A stretch of 64,000 bases of DNA from Azolla caroliniana (lineage: Eukaryota; Plantae; Polypodiophyta): contig JBHGNT010000018.1 of assembly GCA_043228905.1 (NCBI GenBank), positions 3,162,001 to 3,226,000 of the forward strand, written 5' to 3'. Below are positions 24,709-38,219 of the stretch, one piece after another; position 1 is the first letter of the stretch, and every line of letters starts with the position of its first letter. Position numbers and translations under genes: made by a program. The notes beneath the pieces were generated by a model. It saw only the letters and a list, made by a program, of their open reading frames with translations. It did no database searches and was not told where the DNA came from.

Positions 24709-24968
24709 TAGTTTGACAGGATGGGATCGTAGATTTGTGAGAAAGATATGCAGAAATACACAACTAGGAACAGAAAACAACAAATCAACAAGATATGCAC
24801 AGTACACAGGCAACACAGATTTTACATGGAAAACCCCTAAACGTGAAAATCCACGAGAGAACAGATATTCCACTATACAATCGAGAGTACAGAAACCGGT
24901 TACAACTCTCTCTAAAACTCAGAGAATAACCACTTAGGGTTCTTGGCAAGTTCGTTGAACTCTGTCGC

Positions 24969-25047
<79 letters not shown>

Positions 25048-25432
25048 GTTCTCTGCAGTGCTTCGTTATGTTCTGTTTACTACACTCTATGTTTGCCCTA
25101 AGTGTATTTATACATATACATTGTATGGGCTATTTACAAAAGTAGTCTACTACTATCATTCCTATTATTATAGTAATAATAGTAGCAATTAATTAGCTGA
25201 CTCTTATGTCGACTATCCGGTCGGCCCGACTAGTTGGTCGTGTCTTCGACTTGGATTACTTATTGTCAACTCTCCTAGTTGACTCTCCATGTCAACTCTC
25301 TCTTAGTCAACTCTCCATGTCTTCGTCTGTCGGCTCTCAGCTCGACCTGTTGACTACTCCTTGTCTTCGACTGTCAGCTCTCTATTGAGTCGAATAGTAG
25401 GCTCCTCCTATAGGAGGGACATATTCCTAACA
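24709..25432 (-). mobile_element. Solo LTR, related to the Copia LTR at 13119
   Basis: Shares the TGGAAAACCC..AAA.CCACG and GTTTGCCCTAAG..ATTTATA..GGGCTATTTACAAA blocks with that LTR. TSD ATATG (24704-24708 / 25433-25437). Ends read TG..TA. Confidence 0.8.
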
Positions 25433-25899
25433 ATATGTGTATGTGTATGTGTATGTGTATGTATCTCTCTATGTGCACTCGCGCAGGTGCCTTTCTCCCA
25501 TCTCCCGGGCAGACGACCGCATGCCCCAGACTTTCTCTTGGGGGCACGTTTCTCGGCCATAACCGCATATGTTTGTATACTAACTCCATAAAGCAATGGT
25601 TGTCGTTGCCACATCTTCCCATCACTTCACAAACCACAACACCTTGACTAGGCTAACTGGCTCAAACCATCCCGTGCCCAAGCCTCGCCTATAGACCTGT
25701 TCAGGTCAACATTGTCCTACCCAAGCTTCTTCAATAGACATGTTTGAATCACATCAATGACTAAGCATTGCTCGCAAGGGATTGGCTTTGGCCTCTATAT
25801 TATGCATGTGCTAGAATAATTATTTGCTTGACATGCTTGATGGTGACTCTCTTTTTTTTTAAACATATGTTTGATCCACTTGTTGATGCATCTCAACCT

Positions 25900-26260
25900 C
25901 AAGCTCAAGATTGAAAGGATTCTCAAACTTGGTAAAATGCGAAAAACTTCTGTTTTTTTTAAAAACAAAACATATCCTTTCATTAGTTTTAAAAAGCATA
26001 TCAACTACAAAATACGAATTGATGGAAAGGAAGCGACTATCCTTCCCAAGCCCATCTTGTGTAAGACAATGGGTAGCCATGAATCCATTGTTTGATAGAC
26101 TTGATTGAGCACTTCATCAAATTTCCCATTCTCATCATCTCCTGCAATAAGATCATTCCAAGAGACCTATTCCTGGACTGAAAGCTTGTTAAATACTACC
26201 ATGAATTTGCATATGCTCAAAGCAAAATGCGAAAAACATTTTATGAGGGTATGTTGAATC
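25900..26260 (-). pseudogene. Degraded PPR-like fragment
   Basis: The minus strand reads NTLIKCF..VVFNKL..VSWNDLIAGDDENG, with stops and frameshifts. Confidence 0.4.
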
Positions 26261-26393
26261 TGTATTTATGTAGGAAGCATATGTTTTGATGATGAATTTT
26301 AATAGAACTCTCCTAATAGTTTTGAAGAAAAATGGTTGACATATTGTGGATGATGTGGCCCACAAAAATGTTATCCAATCGGTTAGTTGTGGG

Positions 26394-26844
26394 TGTCACG
26401 ATACAGTGACATAAAACAACCTCACATTAACAAGATGTCATGCTCAACCATAACCATTTTGATATGAGCATGTATTTGTATATAATATAGTAGATCTAGA
26501 AATAGTCTCTAGTCATATACCTCTAGAACTTAGAACTAGAAGGTTCTCGAATATTCCAATGCATGTACTTCAACTCATAGTATAAATACTTGTAACCTCC
26601 TTGGTCTCTTTCAAGGGATTCAACACCAGTCATTGACACATCAATCTAGTATTCTCATTTCATGTCATATTGTCTCCTTGATCTCCATATTTGTCTTCAT
26701 GCTCTCCAATTAATCCTAGTTTCCTAAGTTCATAGTCTTGTCGCTCTCAACTTCTCGAGTTCCTAGCCTCATCACTTCTAGTTCCACGTTTGTAGCTTTG
26801 TCATCCTTGCTTCGTCGCAATCCGCGGTTGGTGTGTCCATGACA
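26394..26844 (+). mobile_element. Solo LTR (chromovirus-like)
   Basis: TGTCA..TGACA termini, TSD GTGGG (26389-26393 / 26845-26849) and a TATAAATA box. TCTAGAA repeats and a TCAACACCAGTC block resemble the LTR at 47330-53681. Confidence 0.85.
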
Positions 26845-27355
26845 GTGGGATGTTGAGGTTATGAGATGTTGCTTGTTAAGTAAGTAGGAATCACAAAAAG
26901 GTCCACCAACATTCGATATTCACAAAGGGATAATAAGCGAGTCTTCTCCTTGGCCTAGATCCATGAGCATGAAATTAGAGAAGAATATCTTCAAAAAGAC
27001 TTGGTTTGTGTTCAAACCATGCTCACCACGAAGTCTATGTACAAAACTTCAACCATTGAGAATGTGTTACCAAAATGTAACTTCTTCTCAATGTTAGCCA
27101 TTCAAGGAAAGATGTTACTAAAAACAATTATTAATTCCAAATAGCTAGATGAAATAAATGGAAGGTTGGGAAATGGAATCCTCATGAGTTATCATACCTT
27201 CAAATATTACCTTATGTTATCCCTTGGATGTTGAATAATGGATCCAAAGAATAGACCTTAGCCTTATTGATAGAGTCTTTTTTCCAAAAAAAGAGCTACA
27301 TAGACTCTTGAAAATGTCTTAAATGTCATGTTGAAGGGGGTAGCTTGTCCCTTTT

Positions 27356-27740
27356 TGTTATGCATACATAACATAGGTGAGGGTAGGTCACTAATATTTA
27401 CATAAGTGAAGGGTATGCTCACTAATGTTAGAAAGGAACTAATGTAATGGGGCCTATGAAGAGGTATAAATATGAGGCATAGCTACCCTTATAAGAGACA
27501 TTACATTGGATAGTTGTTGTGTTAAGACACCGGTGGTGTGGGCTAGGCTTTCGTCGTGATGATCTTGTTACTCTTCTAAGGTATTAATCGTCCTAATATC
27601 TATCAATATGGGATGTCAGTGGTTTGTTATGTTTTGATCATAACTCAAGGGTGGCCAAGTAGAATAAGTTCTTCTAATCCAATCTATTTATCTTTATTTT
27701 ACTTTATTTCGGTCAATTGATTAGTAATAGACTCTTAACA
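27356..27740 (+). mobile_element. Solo LTR
   Basis: TGTTA..TAACA termini and TSD CTTTT (27351-27355 / 27741-27745). The TATAAATA.GAGGC.TAGCTACCCT block is shared with the LTR at 37765. Confidence 0.8.
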
Positions 27741-30700
27741 CTTTTGTATAGGCCAACACCGAAGGCCCCCAAGCCACACCGTGTTCCCATGTCCTAAAGG
27801 TCTTTGTGATATTGAAGTGTGATATTATTGTACTTGCTAACTTGTTTAAGGCAAAACATACATTTTTGACCAAGCTCCTATATTGTGCCATTTTTCAGAG
27901 TTGAAACCATGGCTCGATGGCTCAATCTTTCAAAGATCCTCTATCTTCATTTGGTCATTGAGGATTGTACCTCCATGGGTTGGATTTCAAAGACTCTCGA
28001 AGTTCATTCAATCATTGAAACTTCTCAAGTATTTTCCATACACTCCACAAAGTCCATACCCCTTAACTTTCCCAACACATTGGCATTAGCCCCAAACCCT
28101 GAAGATACAATGAAATGGAGAAATGATGAACACTTATAAGCTAAGATAAAAGGGTTATGTGGCCAAACAAGGGGGGGAATGGTTAAAGACAGGGCAAAGA
28201 TTTTAAAAGTCACTTTTGTGCCTTTTCATGTTTGTCCCTATAAGAAGATTATAGGCTAGAGCTTTTCTTCCTATCTCCTTCTCCAATAACTTTAGTGTTC
28301 CTCTTGTATTAGCGCGGTTAACTATTAATTTAATTGAAGCATGGTTTCTCTTTATGTGTATTTTGTCACCTCTTAAGTTGTTTAGATTTCTTGATTAAGT
28401 CCTTAAGTTCAATGAGTGATTTTCTTATTTGAGTTAGTCTTAGTAAGATTGTGAGGTGATGTTTGCCTATGCAATTAGTACAATTGTTAGCAGCTTAGAA
28501 GTGATTGACAACCACCTCTTCAAGTTTTGTGGACTAGAGGGTAAAGGATTGTTCGCTCTCTAGATGTAAATAATTATGATATGACAAACTCACAATAACT
28601 AAAACTAGCATATGAATCGAAAAATAAACCTCGAAAATGCCATATATTGAATAATTTGGATAGAACAATTTCAATGTAGAGAGATATATTACACATTTCC
28701 AATTTTGGGTCATCTATTTCTATTATGAACTACTTGACAAAGGAGAATAGTTTAAATGTGATGATATAATCTATTTTTAGTATAGCAATGTTGTAACTAA
28801 TGGTGAGAAAGGGGGTTAAGCATAGGGGTCAACATGAACGTGTGTATGTGTGTGCGTGTGTGTATGTATGTACATATATATAATTTTATTACACAAGATC
28901 ATGGCAATTCAATGTTTTTGTACCCTAGAATATAGCAACAACTTGTAATTGTATGACAACTCTTAAAAATGTCTTAAAAGTCTTACTGTATCTTAAAAGA
29001 TCTAAAATCAACTACGTTTAACATATATGCACAACTTTTGCAAAAAAGAAAGGAAGGGAGGGTGAGTGAGTGTTCGTGGAAAAGGTAGTACGTGCAATTA
29101 GTTAATAATGATTTACAAAACCCATCAATTATTAATAAAATATAGCAAAGGTAGAATGATAAAGAGAATGTTTGTGTGTTCAAACACATAATGAGCTACT
29201 AATCACAAGCTCTAGACATATTAATGGTTTGCACTCAATATCAAGGGTTCTTCTTCAAATGGTGTGCACATGTTCACAATCTAAGAGATGTCACATTTTT
29301 ACACTTGGAGAGTGGTAAAAGAGACGCTACTTTATCTTAAGCTCGTAAAGTTTGTTAGTTTGCTTTAATATATGTAGTACTTTGTTGAAACGATATCTAA
29401 CGGCACCCAACGCCATCAAGAACATTTCTGTCTCCATTGAGAATCAACAACAAAATGACATTTATGTCGTCCATGCTATATCTATATCACATTAAACAAG
29501 AGAGAGTGGGTGCCATCAGTGACTCTTTCTTTGTGAAAATAGGAATTATTTTAATAATTCATGTAATGATATCAACCATTTATTGTCTTGCTTTTTTAAA
29601 TTGTCTCTCCTTCGCTATCATGCAATGATTCTATCACTTATTGATTTTTTTCCTTTTCTCAAAGTACGTTGTCTAATGTTAATCACACTCTTCTTTCGTT
29701 CTTAGGGAATCTCTCCATAGCAATGATTTTTACCATTTATTAGCGTCACCTCAAGACAATCGTGTTGTTTCTAGACCTTGGATCGTGGATAGTGATTCAT
29801 AAAAGCCATATGTTTTCGTGCAAACTAATATTGTGCTTGATCTAAACTAAACTTTTGAAGGCATTTTATAATAGACCCAACATCAAATCCATCAACACTC
29901 GAGGTTTGAACCTTGTCTAGTTTGTTGTTCTTTCTTTCTCTACCTCTTCCATGTAGTGACTTATATTATTATTTATTAGCTTTTCTCTCTTCTAGCTCTC
30001 TCATCAAATTCATCTCAGGAATATGCCATTATTACTATAGGGTTGATCATTTGAAGAAAATGGCATTGTTGTTGTTGGCTTGATCATCTCATGAACGAGA
30101 CATTTAGATAGTAGGTCAATCATTCATCCACACCACACAAAGATTCCTTTATAAATGTAACGATGGCTCAACCACAACACTAATGGAAGATGGATAAAAC
30201 TACAAGTATTTCGGTTTGCTTTTTACTATTGTGGTAACGTCAAAAGTAAGTGACCGACACTATTTAGACATTTATTTGATGAGATGGAATAGGCATTAAT
30301 ATATTAATTTTGCTAAAACATTTGTACAATGTCATTCACGCTTTTTGCAACAATTTATACAAAGTACACCAACCATGTTTTAACTTGTAGTCCTTCAAGG
30401 TTGCAAAATGATACGTTATTAATTTATCATGATTCTCTAGAAGCCCCTTATGATAGTAAAGCTTGTTGTACTTGGATACTAGATCGTGACACGTCAAATC
30501 AAGTTCATTGAATAGCTGGAAAACAATGCTAGATGACACCTTGATACTAACAAACTAATAATTATGTTTTGAGACGTCCATTTACATGCACAAGGAAAGA
30601 TGTCTACGTGCATGTGAAGACATCTTAACTTGTGCTTGTCACATAGCACGATGGTTTTGTTGGATGGTGGGTTGAGGGATCAATCAACACTTTGATGAAA

Positions 30701-31032
30701 CAAAATGTTGACTTGCCCTCAAGCATGAGGGGGAATGGATACATATTGAATAGTAGTATATTGTTGTGCATAAAACTATAAGTGCTAAACTCTTCCAAGA
30801 TACAATAAGCTAGGGGTTTTATAGGCCCCATAATTTGTAGTTAACAAGTTCCCAAAGTGAATAAATATGTCCATCATGGGTGTTTAGATGTGTCGAGAAG
30901 TGGTAATTAGTCTATAAAGGCCTTCCCTTATTGTGAGACGAAAATAGTAATAATGGTAGAGAGGGAGGTTCATGTAAGATAGTAAAGATGTGCCAACGTA
31001 GACCATTGTCAAAGTGACACCATGAGGCCTGA

Positions 31033-34000
31033 CTACCTTGAGGGTTTGTCACATGCAATGGCATTCTTGAGACGAAGGACAGTGGAGGATATGAGGTTGT
31101 TGACTGTGGCGACAGAGCCAAGGGAGAGTTTGGCAGTGGGAACATGATCAACTAAAATTTGGAAGGCAACTGTGAGAAGGGAGCCCGTGGTGGATAAATG
31201 AGGAGTGTGGATGTTGGGTTGGTCCACATGATGGTGCCCAGGTGGGCGATCGGGCAAAATGGAGAATCCGGAAGGTAGGAGTGCTACACAATCTGGATCA
31301 CCCCCATTCAAAACTGCTCCCATTGCTGCTATGTCTACTGGAGCATATGCCACAACGTATGAAGACTCCTCGGCACAACACTCTTGCAAAATGAGCATGT
31401 TTGGTTGATTCGAACTCACCCCCTACACACACATGTGTCAATCTATTGTCAACACTCCATTAGCAACAAGGTTACATACGTGTAATTAGGCATGTATATA
31501 CAATTATATTGGATGCATGTATGCATGTCTATGCATACTTACATTCACACGGAGTAAAGATACGCAATTGCCATTCTCATGGTCTTTTGGCACATGCACA
31601 ATCTCTTCCACGGGTCCCATGTTGGATAGAATGTCCCACTACGTTTCCAATTTTAAAAAATATAAGTTAGAAGTTAAGCGTTGCACAACAACTATTTAGC
31701 TAACACATTGTGAAGATTAGATTTCGCAAATGGGAGGGCTCAATCTACATCAAGCTATAAAAAAATGTATAATTTGAAGACTAATTCTCACAAATAATGA
31801 GAAACTTCACTACAATGCTTTACATAAAGAGAATCATTTTGATGTTTGGTCTATAATATTCTTATTTAAAGAGGAATACTCTCAAGGGAAAAGTACTAAG
31901 GGAAGTTGTTAATTTTACAATTAAGTACCTAGTTTTTGTTGAATATAAAGCATCAATCTCTATGTATATGTTGATGCACAACACCATTTTCAATATATTG
32001 AAAAGAACACTAGTCCCATATGTGAGTTTAATCTCTCAACGGAATGCACATCTTCAGTAAGAAAGAGTGAAGCTTACCTCCATGCGGAAACGCTCGTCTC
32101 GAAGAAAGTCAAAGACTCGGGAAGGAGCAACAGGCAACCAAATGGATGTAGCAGCACAAAGCACAACACCTGGTGGTCTACCAGGGTCATCCACACTCTT
32201 GCGGATAAGAACACGCACATCGTCCGATGTCATAACTAGGTCACTAGAATTCAATTGAGTTGTAATGTTAGTATTGCTATTGTTAGGAGTGGTTGTGTTC
32301 ATGTTCGTGCTAGGTGAAAGAGTGATCCAAGTGTGAGCCACTGAAGCACTCACACCCCCACAAAAGTTGTTGGTCATTCTCTCAGCTAACTTGAGTAAAC
32401 TACGTCTCCCTTCCAATGTTGGGCACACTAGGAAAACAAAAATAAAAACGACGTTAATGTATTTAATTAATTAAGTTTCCCATCATCGTAGTTTCCTAAT
32501 TACCACTACTAATTTTACCAAGGTCTGGAGTGGGTAGATTTGTCGGGATTTGGAGGTTGTTGGCAACATGCATAGCTTCACATTGGCGTCGTAGATTAGC
32601 TAGCCAACGTTGTGCCCCAAATGCCAAGCCGCTGCTCACCAATGGTTGGTATAAACGATGCACTCCTCGATCATCCACTTCTGAATGCTCCACCCATGTC
32701 ACCTATTGTACAATGTAAACCATATGTGCGTGTTTAGGAATGTTCCAAATAGAATTCTACTATATCTACATATTACAATATGTGAAACCATATCTTATTC
32801 TATATGCATGTGTGTATAAGCATATTTTCATGCTACAATATATTCAACATAAACGCTATGTATGATTAGTGTTACACCTATGGAAATGCAAACATGCACA
32901 ATAATATGATATGGCATGATGTGTGTATACCATATGTAACTTGACCTTGTGGGCTTGATTGTGCAATGTGTGTAATGTTGGTTGTGGGTACAATGAACCA
33001 TATCATTTATGAGATAATTTCATGGATGTGTGGCGCTTACATATCTCCTAACACATATTTAAATGAGATCCCTTTTTATGTTTTCAACCTTAAGTGGGAG
33101 CTTGTGGAATATTAACATTTAACACTATCTAACTTCTCAACATGTTAGTGCGATATTGGTTTGAACGATCACTATCTTAAATATGAAATTTTCCTGCAAT
33201 GAGTTCATTACCATTTTCATTGTAAGTTACACCATCACAACGTTACATTTTATTTGTGTGATTTTTAATTTAAAACGACAATGCATGCTTTCACATTGTC
33301 TTTCAGTACATGATATCTCATTTCATATTTTCTAGGATGTGGGTTTCATCTTTCTACAGAACAGTATAGGTGTACGACGTCGTAGTAGGTATGCATATTA
33401 ATTCCATATGATTTTATTATGCATTAGATGTAGTAGTTTTAAATATTTATGCTTGCAATGACATTAATGGACTTACCTTAGAATAGCCATTAGACATGTC
33501 TTCAATTATGCAACCAGAAGGGTGTCTCCTACAACGAACAAGAGGTGCTATTGAAGAGGTATTAGTGCGTGTGGTTAAACTTTCTAAAGACACATCAACC
33601 ACCACCCATAGACTATTGTTGTAGCTCATCCTCTTAGAATAACGCAAAAAATAACTCTCACGTGTCGATACCATCGGAGAAGGCAATTGGAACTCTGCAT
33701 ACATCTAGTATTGTCATACATATAACCAAGGACATTAGGTAAGTTAGCTCACATCAAGGTTTTGGTCTTATTTTGCCACAATTATTGTTATAAGTTCAAC
33801 AAGTTACTTACTATTTGCATTGCCCCATCTTGTGTATTAGCAACTCCAGTTGCGAGAACTTCTACGGGGAGAGCCCTTGAAACAATTGGACAAAACATAT
33901 TTGCCCAACTTCCCTAATGATCACACATGGCAAATGAAACAAATTAAAGGTCACATTATGTATGCAACATGTAAATTGGTCTAACATTCCAATAACTTAA

Positions 34001-34950
34001 TCAACTACCATGGAAATTGAATTATGTGGCGAGTTACATCATGCAATTTGGATTCACATGATTATTATAGTCCATGCAAAAGTGTCCACACTAATTAGTC
34101 ACCGATTATGGCCACATGGTATAATATGCCATACACCTGCATATGTGTGTGTGCAAAAGTAACTCATTGTGGATGTAGGTATCTATGCTATATGATCATT
34201 CCATCAACATAAGTGGATTCTCCAAAAGGTATCTTAGTTTATCTTTTTGTTGGGGGGGATGTGATAATAGTACCTTATTTTGAGACCCATTCCCATGGCT
34301 AGAATAACCTACAAACAATGTCATTACTTGTAAAAAGATGTGACATGATGTGTGTAAGTGAATAGGTGTGTACCACGTTCATGAAGATATTGACTAGGGA
34401 CGTTGCGTCCATCATAACCAATGCAGAGTCCCTAGTACTCTCACTTTTCAAGTTGATGTTGTTGTTGATATGGCTACGCGAAGAGGGTGATGAAGGTGTC
34501 GGGAAGCGTTGGCGATAAACATGGTAGTCGAGGCTAAGGATACCGGATATGGGATCTAGGGCCCATAGGGGATCGAGAGCATGCGCCACTTGTGTCAACT
34601 CTTCCATTGCTGCCATTGCCACTTCGGCAGCCACAACCCTCTCACTTTCGGTGAGGCGTGAAGGCCCCCCGCCTACCGCCACCTTCCGATAAAAGCCCGT
34701 CCCACTCGCACTCCCATGATTCATTTCGTTATTAATCTCTCCGGGTCCTCCTTGTTGGGTTGCCGTGTTCACATTAGCACTATAACTATTGTTCGGCATC
34801 GAAGAAGTATTTAATGTCGTCGAGGTGGGTGTGGACAATGTTGTCGTGCTCAAGTTCAATGTGGATATTGGGCGCCCAACATGCTTAGCCGCAATCTTCG
34901 AGATTCGATCTATCTGTGAGCCATAAAATAACCAAGTACAATCATACATC

Positions 34951-34991
<41 letters not shown>

Positions 34992-36327
34992 AAGACCACA
35001 AGGTGTAGCATTTGAATGACTAGTGGAGTGATTGAGCATGCAATGGTTACCTCTTCCCTTAGGCGAACATTCTCTACACGGAGTTGTTGGTCGTCGAAGC
35101 CCGAACCATCGGACAGGCTCGCAGGGCCCCCGCAATTCGGGCACGTAACGTTCGCGATCGCGTCTCTCAAGGCAAGGTTCTCTGCGCGCAACTTGTCGTT
35201 CTCTGTCCTTAGGTATGCATTGTCGTGTCTCTCGTGTTGGGCCTACATTATTATACATGTATATCAAATCTAGTTCCAACTAAATATGGGGTTCTCAAGT
35301 AAAAAAAAACACAAGACCAAGGTGTTGGGCCTACATTATTATACATATCAAATCTAGTTACAACTAAATATGGGGTTCTCAAGTAAAAAAAACACAAAAC
35401 CAAGGTGTTGGACCTACATTATTATACATATCAAATCTAGTTACAACTAAATATGGGGTTCTCAAGTTTAAAAAAAAACACAATACCAAGGTTTTGGGCC
35501 TACATTATTAACCATATCAAATCTAGTTACAACTAGATTTGGGGTTCTCCAATCTCAAGTAAAAAGTCAAGTAGTACCTTGACTTGGGTTCTCTTGTTCT
35601 GGAACCAGAACTTGACTTGCCTTGGGTCAAGCTTCAGCTCTCTGCTCAGCTCCAGCCTCTGCTTCTCATCTGGGTGGGGGCATTCTTTGAACACCCTTTC
35701 CATCTCTTGGATTTGGAATTGAGAATGCCTATGGTATCTCTTCTTCTTCTTAGTGGGTCTTAATGTATTAGCAGCAGTTTGATTGTTCACATTAATGTTG
35801 TCACTAGAGTTATAAGCTCCATCAATCTCATCGTCTTCGTCGTCATCATCTTCATCGCCATCATCATCTCCATCGCCATCTCCATCTCTATCCCTATCAC
35901 CATCACCATCTCCATCACCATCTCCATCACCATGATCATGATCTCCATCAATCTGCAATAACCCCTCATGATCATTAACACCACCATCGCTACTACATGA
36001 TTTGCTTTCACTCTCGCGATGCATATTGAGCATGTGAGAGATACTACAATTGGGATTGGTATTAATCATAGGATTGTTGTTAGCATTAGTTGTGGTGGTA
36101 GCACTAGAGTTCATGAGAAGCATATGATGATGATGATGATGAAGGGGTGATGAAAGGGCAGGCTTAGGGTTAGCATGAGTGTGGCTAGGAGGGTAGAGGG
36201 CATTGAACCCACAATTAGGGTTAGGGTTAGGGTTGGGGATGAGGTTAGGGTTAGGGTTGGGAAGAGTGGGGAGGTTATTGTTAATGGAGGTGAGGAGGCA
36301 GCTATTAGAGGAGTATTGGGGGGCCAT
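31033..36327 (-). CDS. Class IV homeodomain-leucine zipper transcription factor (ATML1/PDF2/HDG/GL2 family), ~943 aa. Exons: 35578-36327, 35051-35242, 34374-34913, 33812-33913, 33477-33704, 32519-32702, 32078-32427, 31543-31638, 31033-31422
   Basis: Homeodomain [32 protein letters not shown]. Zipper-loop-zipper with CPNCGGP. START domain ([20 protein letters not shown]) and SAD domain ([18 protein letters not shown]). All GT..AG junctions keep frame (2832 nt). Confidence 0.95.
35234..35565. repeat. Tandem ~83-88-bp repeat (about 4 units) forming HD-Zip intron 1
   Basis: Units start at 35234, 35322, 35405 and 35491. Each has GTKTTGGRCCTACATTATTA..ATCAAATCTAGTT.CAACTA..TGGGGTTCTC. Confidence 0.9.
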
Positions 36328-36623
36328 AACTATAAATATGGATAAAATTAGCAGCAAACTGGAGAGAGCTAAGCTAATGAGCTAAGTTAGTTATGTTAGG
36401 TAGTGAGCATGTCTGCCTGCCTGCTTGTGTGTGTATATATATATACATACATATATCATTATATGTTTATATATATATAGAAAGAGAGATATGTACTTAG
36501 ATGGATGGATATGTATACATACATACATATATTATAGAGATATATAGAGAGAGAGATATTTTGGGTTATTTGTGAATTTGGCCGGACATTGAGAAACCGA
36601 ACTTTCAGACAGATAGTCCAGCT

Positions 36624-36631
36624 TGCATTTA
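36624..36631 (-). promoter_or_regulatory. L1 box (TAAATGCA) upstream of the HD-Zip IV gene
   Basis: Exact match to the TAAATG(C/T)A consensus ~300 bp upstream of the ATG, in a non-repetitive island between microsatellites. Confidence 0.55.
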
Positions 36632-37274
36632 TTACCTCCCCCCCAATCCACATCCACATGCACATGCACATCCACATGCAATTGGTATGGGTATGTATGT
36701 ATGCATGCATGCATGCATGTATGTATGTATGGATGGATGTATGTATGTATGTATGTGGTTTGGGGTATGGTGTTAGTACATACATACATATGTGCTATGT
36801 GTGTATGGCTTATGTGTATGGGTATGGGGGGTATTATGGGGTATGTATGGGGTCTTATGGCAGGCTCATGGCCTGCTAAGCTATGTGTTATTTGTGCCAT
36901 TAGTAATTACGGCATATATATGTATACTGTAGTTTAAACCACCATACATACATGCATACATGACATGCATTCTTTTTTTCCTTCTTTTTAAAAAAAAAAA
37001 AAGACAAATTCAATTTTTGAAAAACAAATCGGGAAAAATTTTGAAAAACAAAAAAATTGATAATAATGAACAACTGATTTATATTTCATTTGTTTAATTT
37101 ATTTTCGAAACAATTTGAACGTACATATACATACATATTTTGCTCCATTTTTATTTTTGTGTTTTTCTGTATAGACACGAGATGTTTGTGCTCGTACTGA
37201 ACGTACACTCAACACACACGGTCAATATCCACAATAACGACTGAAAAAACCAATTCTATAAATATTAAATAAAT

Positions 37275-37287
37275 ATATGTATATGTA

Positions 37288-37378
<91 letters not shown>
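37275..37378. repeat. (GTATGT)n microsatellite
   Basis: About 16 perfect hexamer units. Confidence 0.95.
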
Positions 37379-37379
<1 letters not shown>

Positions 37380-37764
37380 CTGTATTTATTTTTTTGCTTG
37401 AGTATCATTTCTCGTATTATTTTTGTATAAATCACACCTCCCCCCCTTTTATTCCTTTCATGGGTCAACATTAGCCTCAAATCTAATGGACACTAAGAAA
37501 TATCTAATCTAATCCATCAATCCAATCACATTGTTCTCCACACACACACACTTCACATAACACTTTGGCACTCCAACTTCGCTCCTTTGCTATTCATTTC
37601 TTTGCTCATCTCTTGAGTTGCCTCTTCCCTCGTCCGAGAAAATGTAGTTGTCTGTGATTGTTAAACATCCCCCCTCTCAAAAAAAACTGAAATCACGATT
37701 CCCTCCCCTACAAAATCCCTTTCAAGTTGAAGCGAGAAATTAATCGAGGTGATCAGGCCCAACC

Positions 37765-38219
37765 TGTTACGGGCATGACCATATAATATCCCGTGGTAAG
37801 AATTTACCGTAGTATTCTATACACGTGGATAACTGTGAGGGTTAAATGAGAGTGTAAAGAAGGGGAGGATTACTTTTAATCCTCGGGATTGAGACAACCC
37901 ATTAGGTCAAGTGTGAACTTGCCTGGGGGCCTTGGGTATCGCTATAAATAAGAGGCCTAGCTACCCTCATTTGAGGATCTTTTGACTACATCGAGACTCT
38001 GCTCGTGTGGTGGGTCAACTCTTGTAGCGAGCGCGCCAGCACCAGGTACGACTCGACGCCACGGCGGTGGTATGGGACGCCGATCGAGGCTCGAGTCCGT
38101 CTCGATCCCTTCGCTCGGGGGTGGTCGGGTGGATCGGCACCCTTCTTTTTCTTTCTCCTTTCTATCTATCTTTTCATTATCCTTATCTTAAGCTTACATT
38201 AGTACTATGATCTATAATA
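37765..38219 (+). mobile_element. Solo LTR (455 bp), parent family of the 24182 hairpin
   Basis: Starts TGTTACGGG, has a TATAAATA box (~37943), a perfect TSD CAACC (37760-37764 / 38220-38224) and ends ..TAATA. Confidence 0.85.

Noticed and set aside
36459-37480. ORFs rich in HI/YV/MY dipeptides
   Set aside because: Translations of microsatellites.
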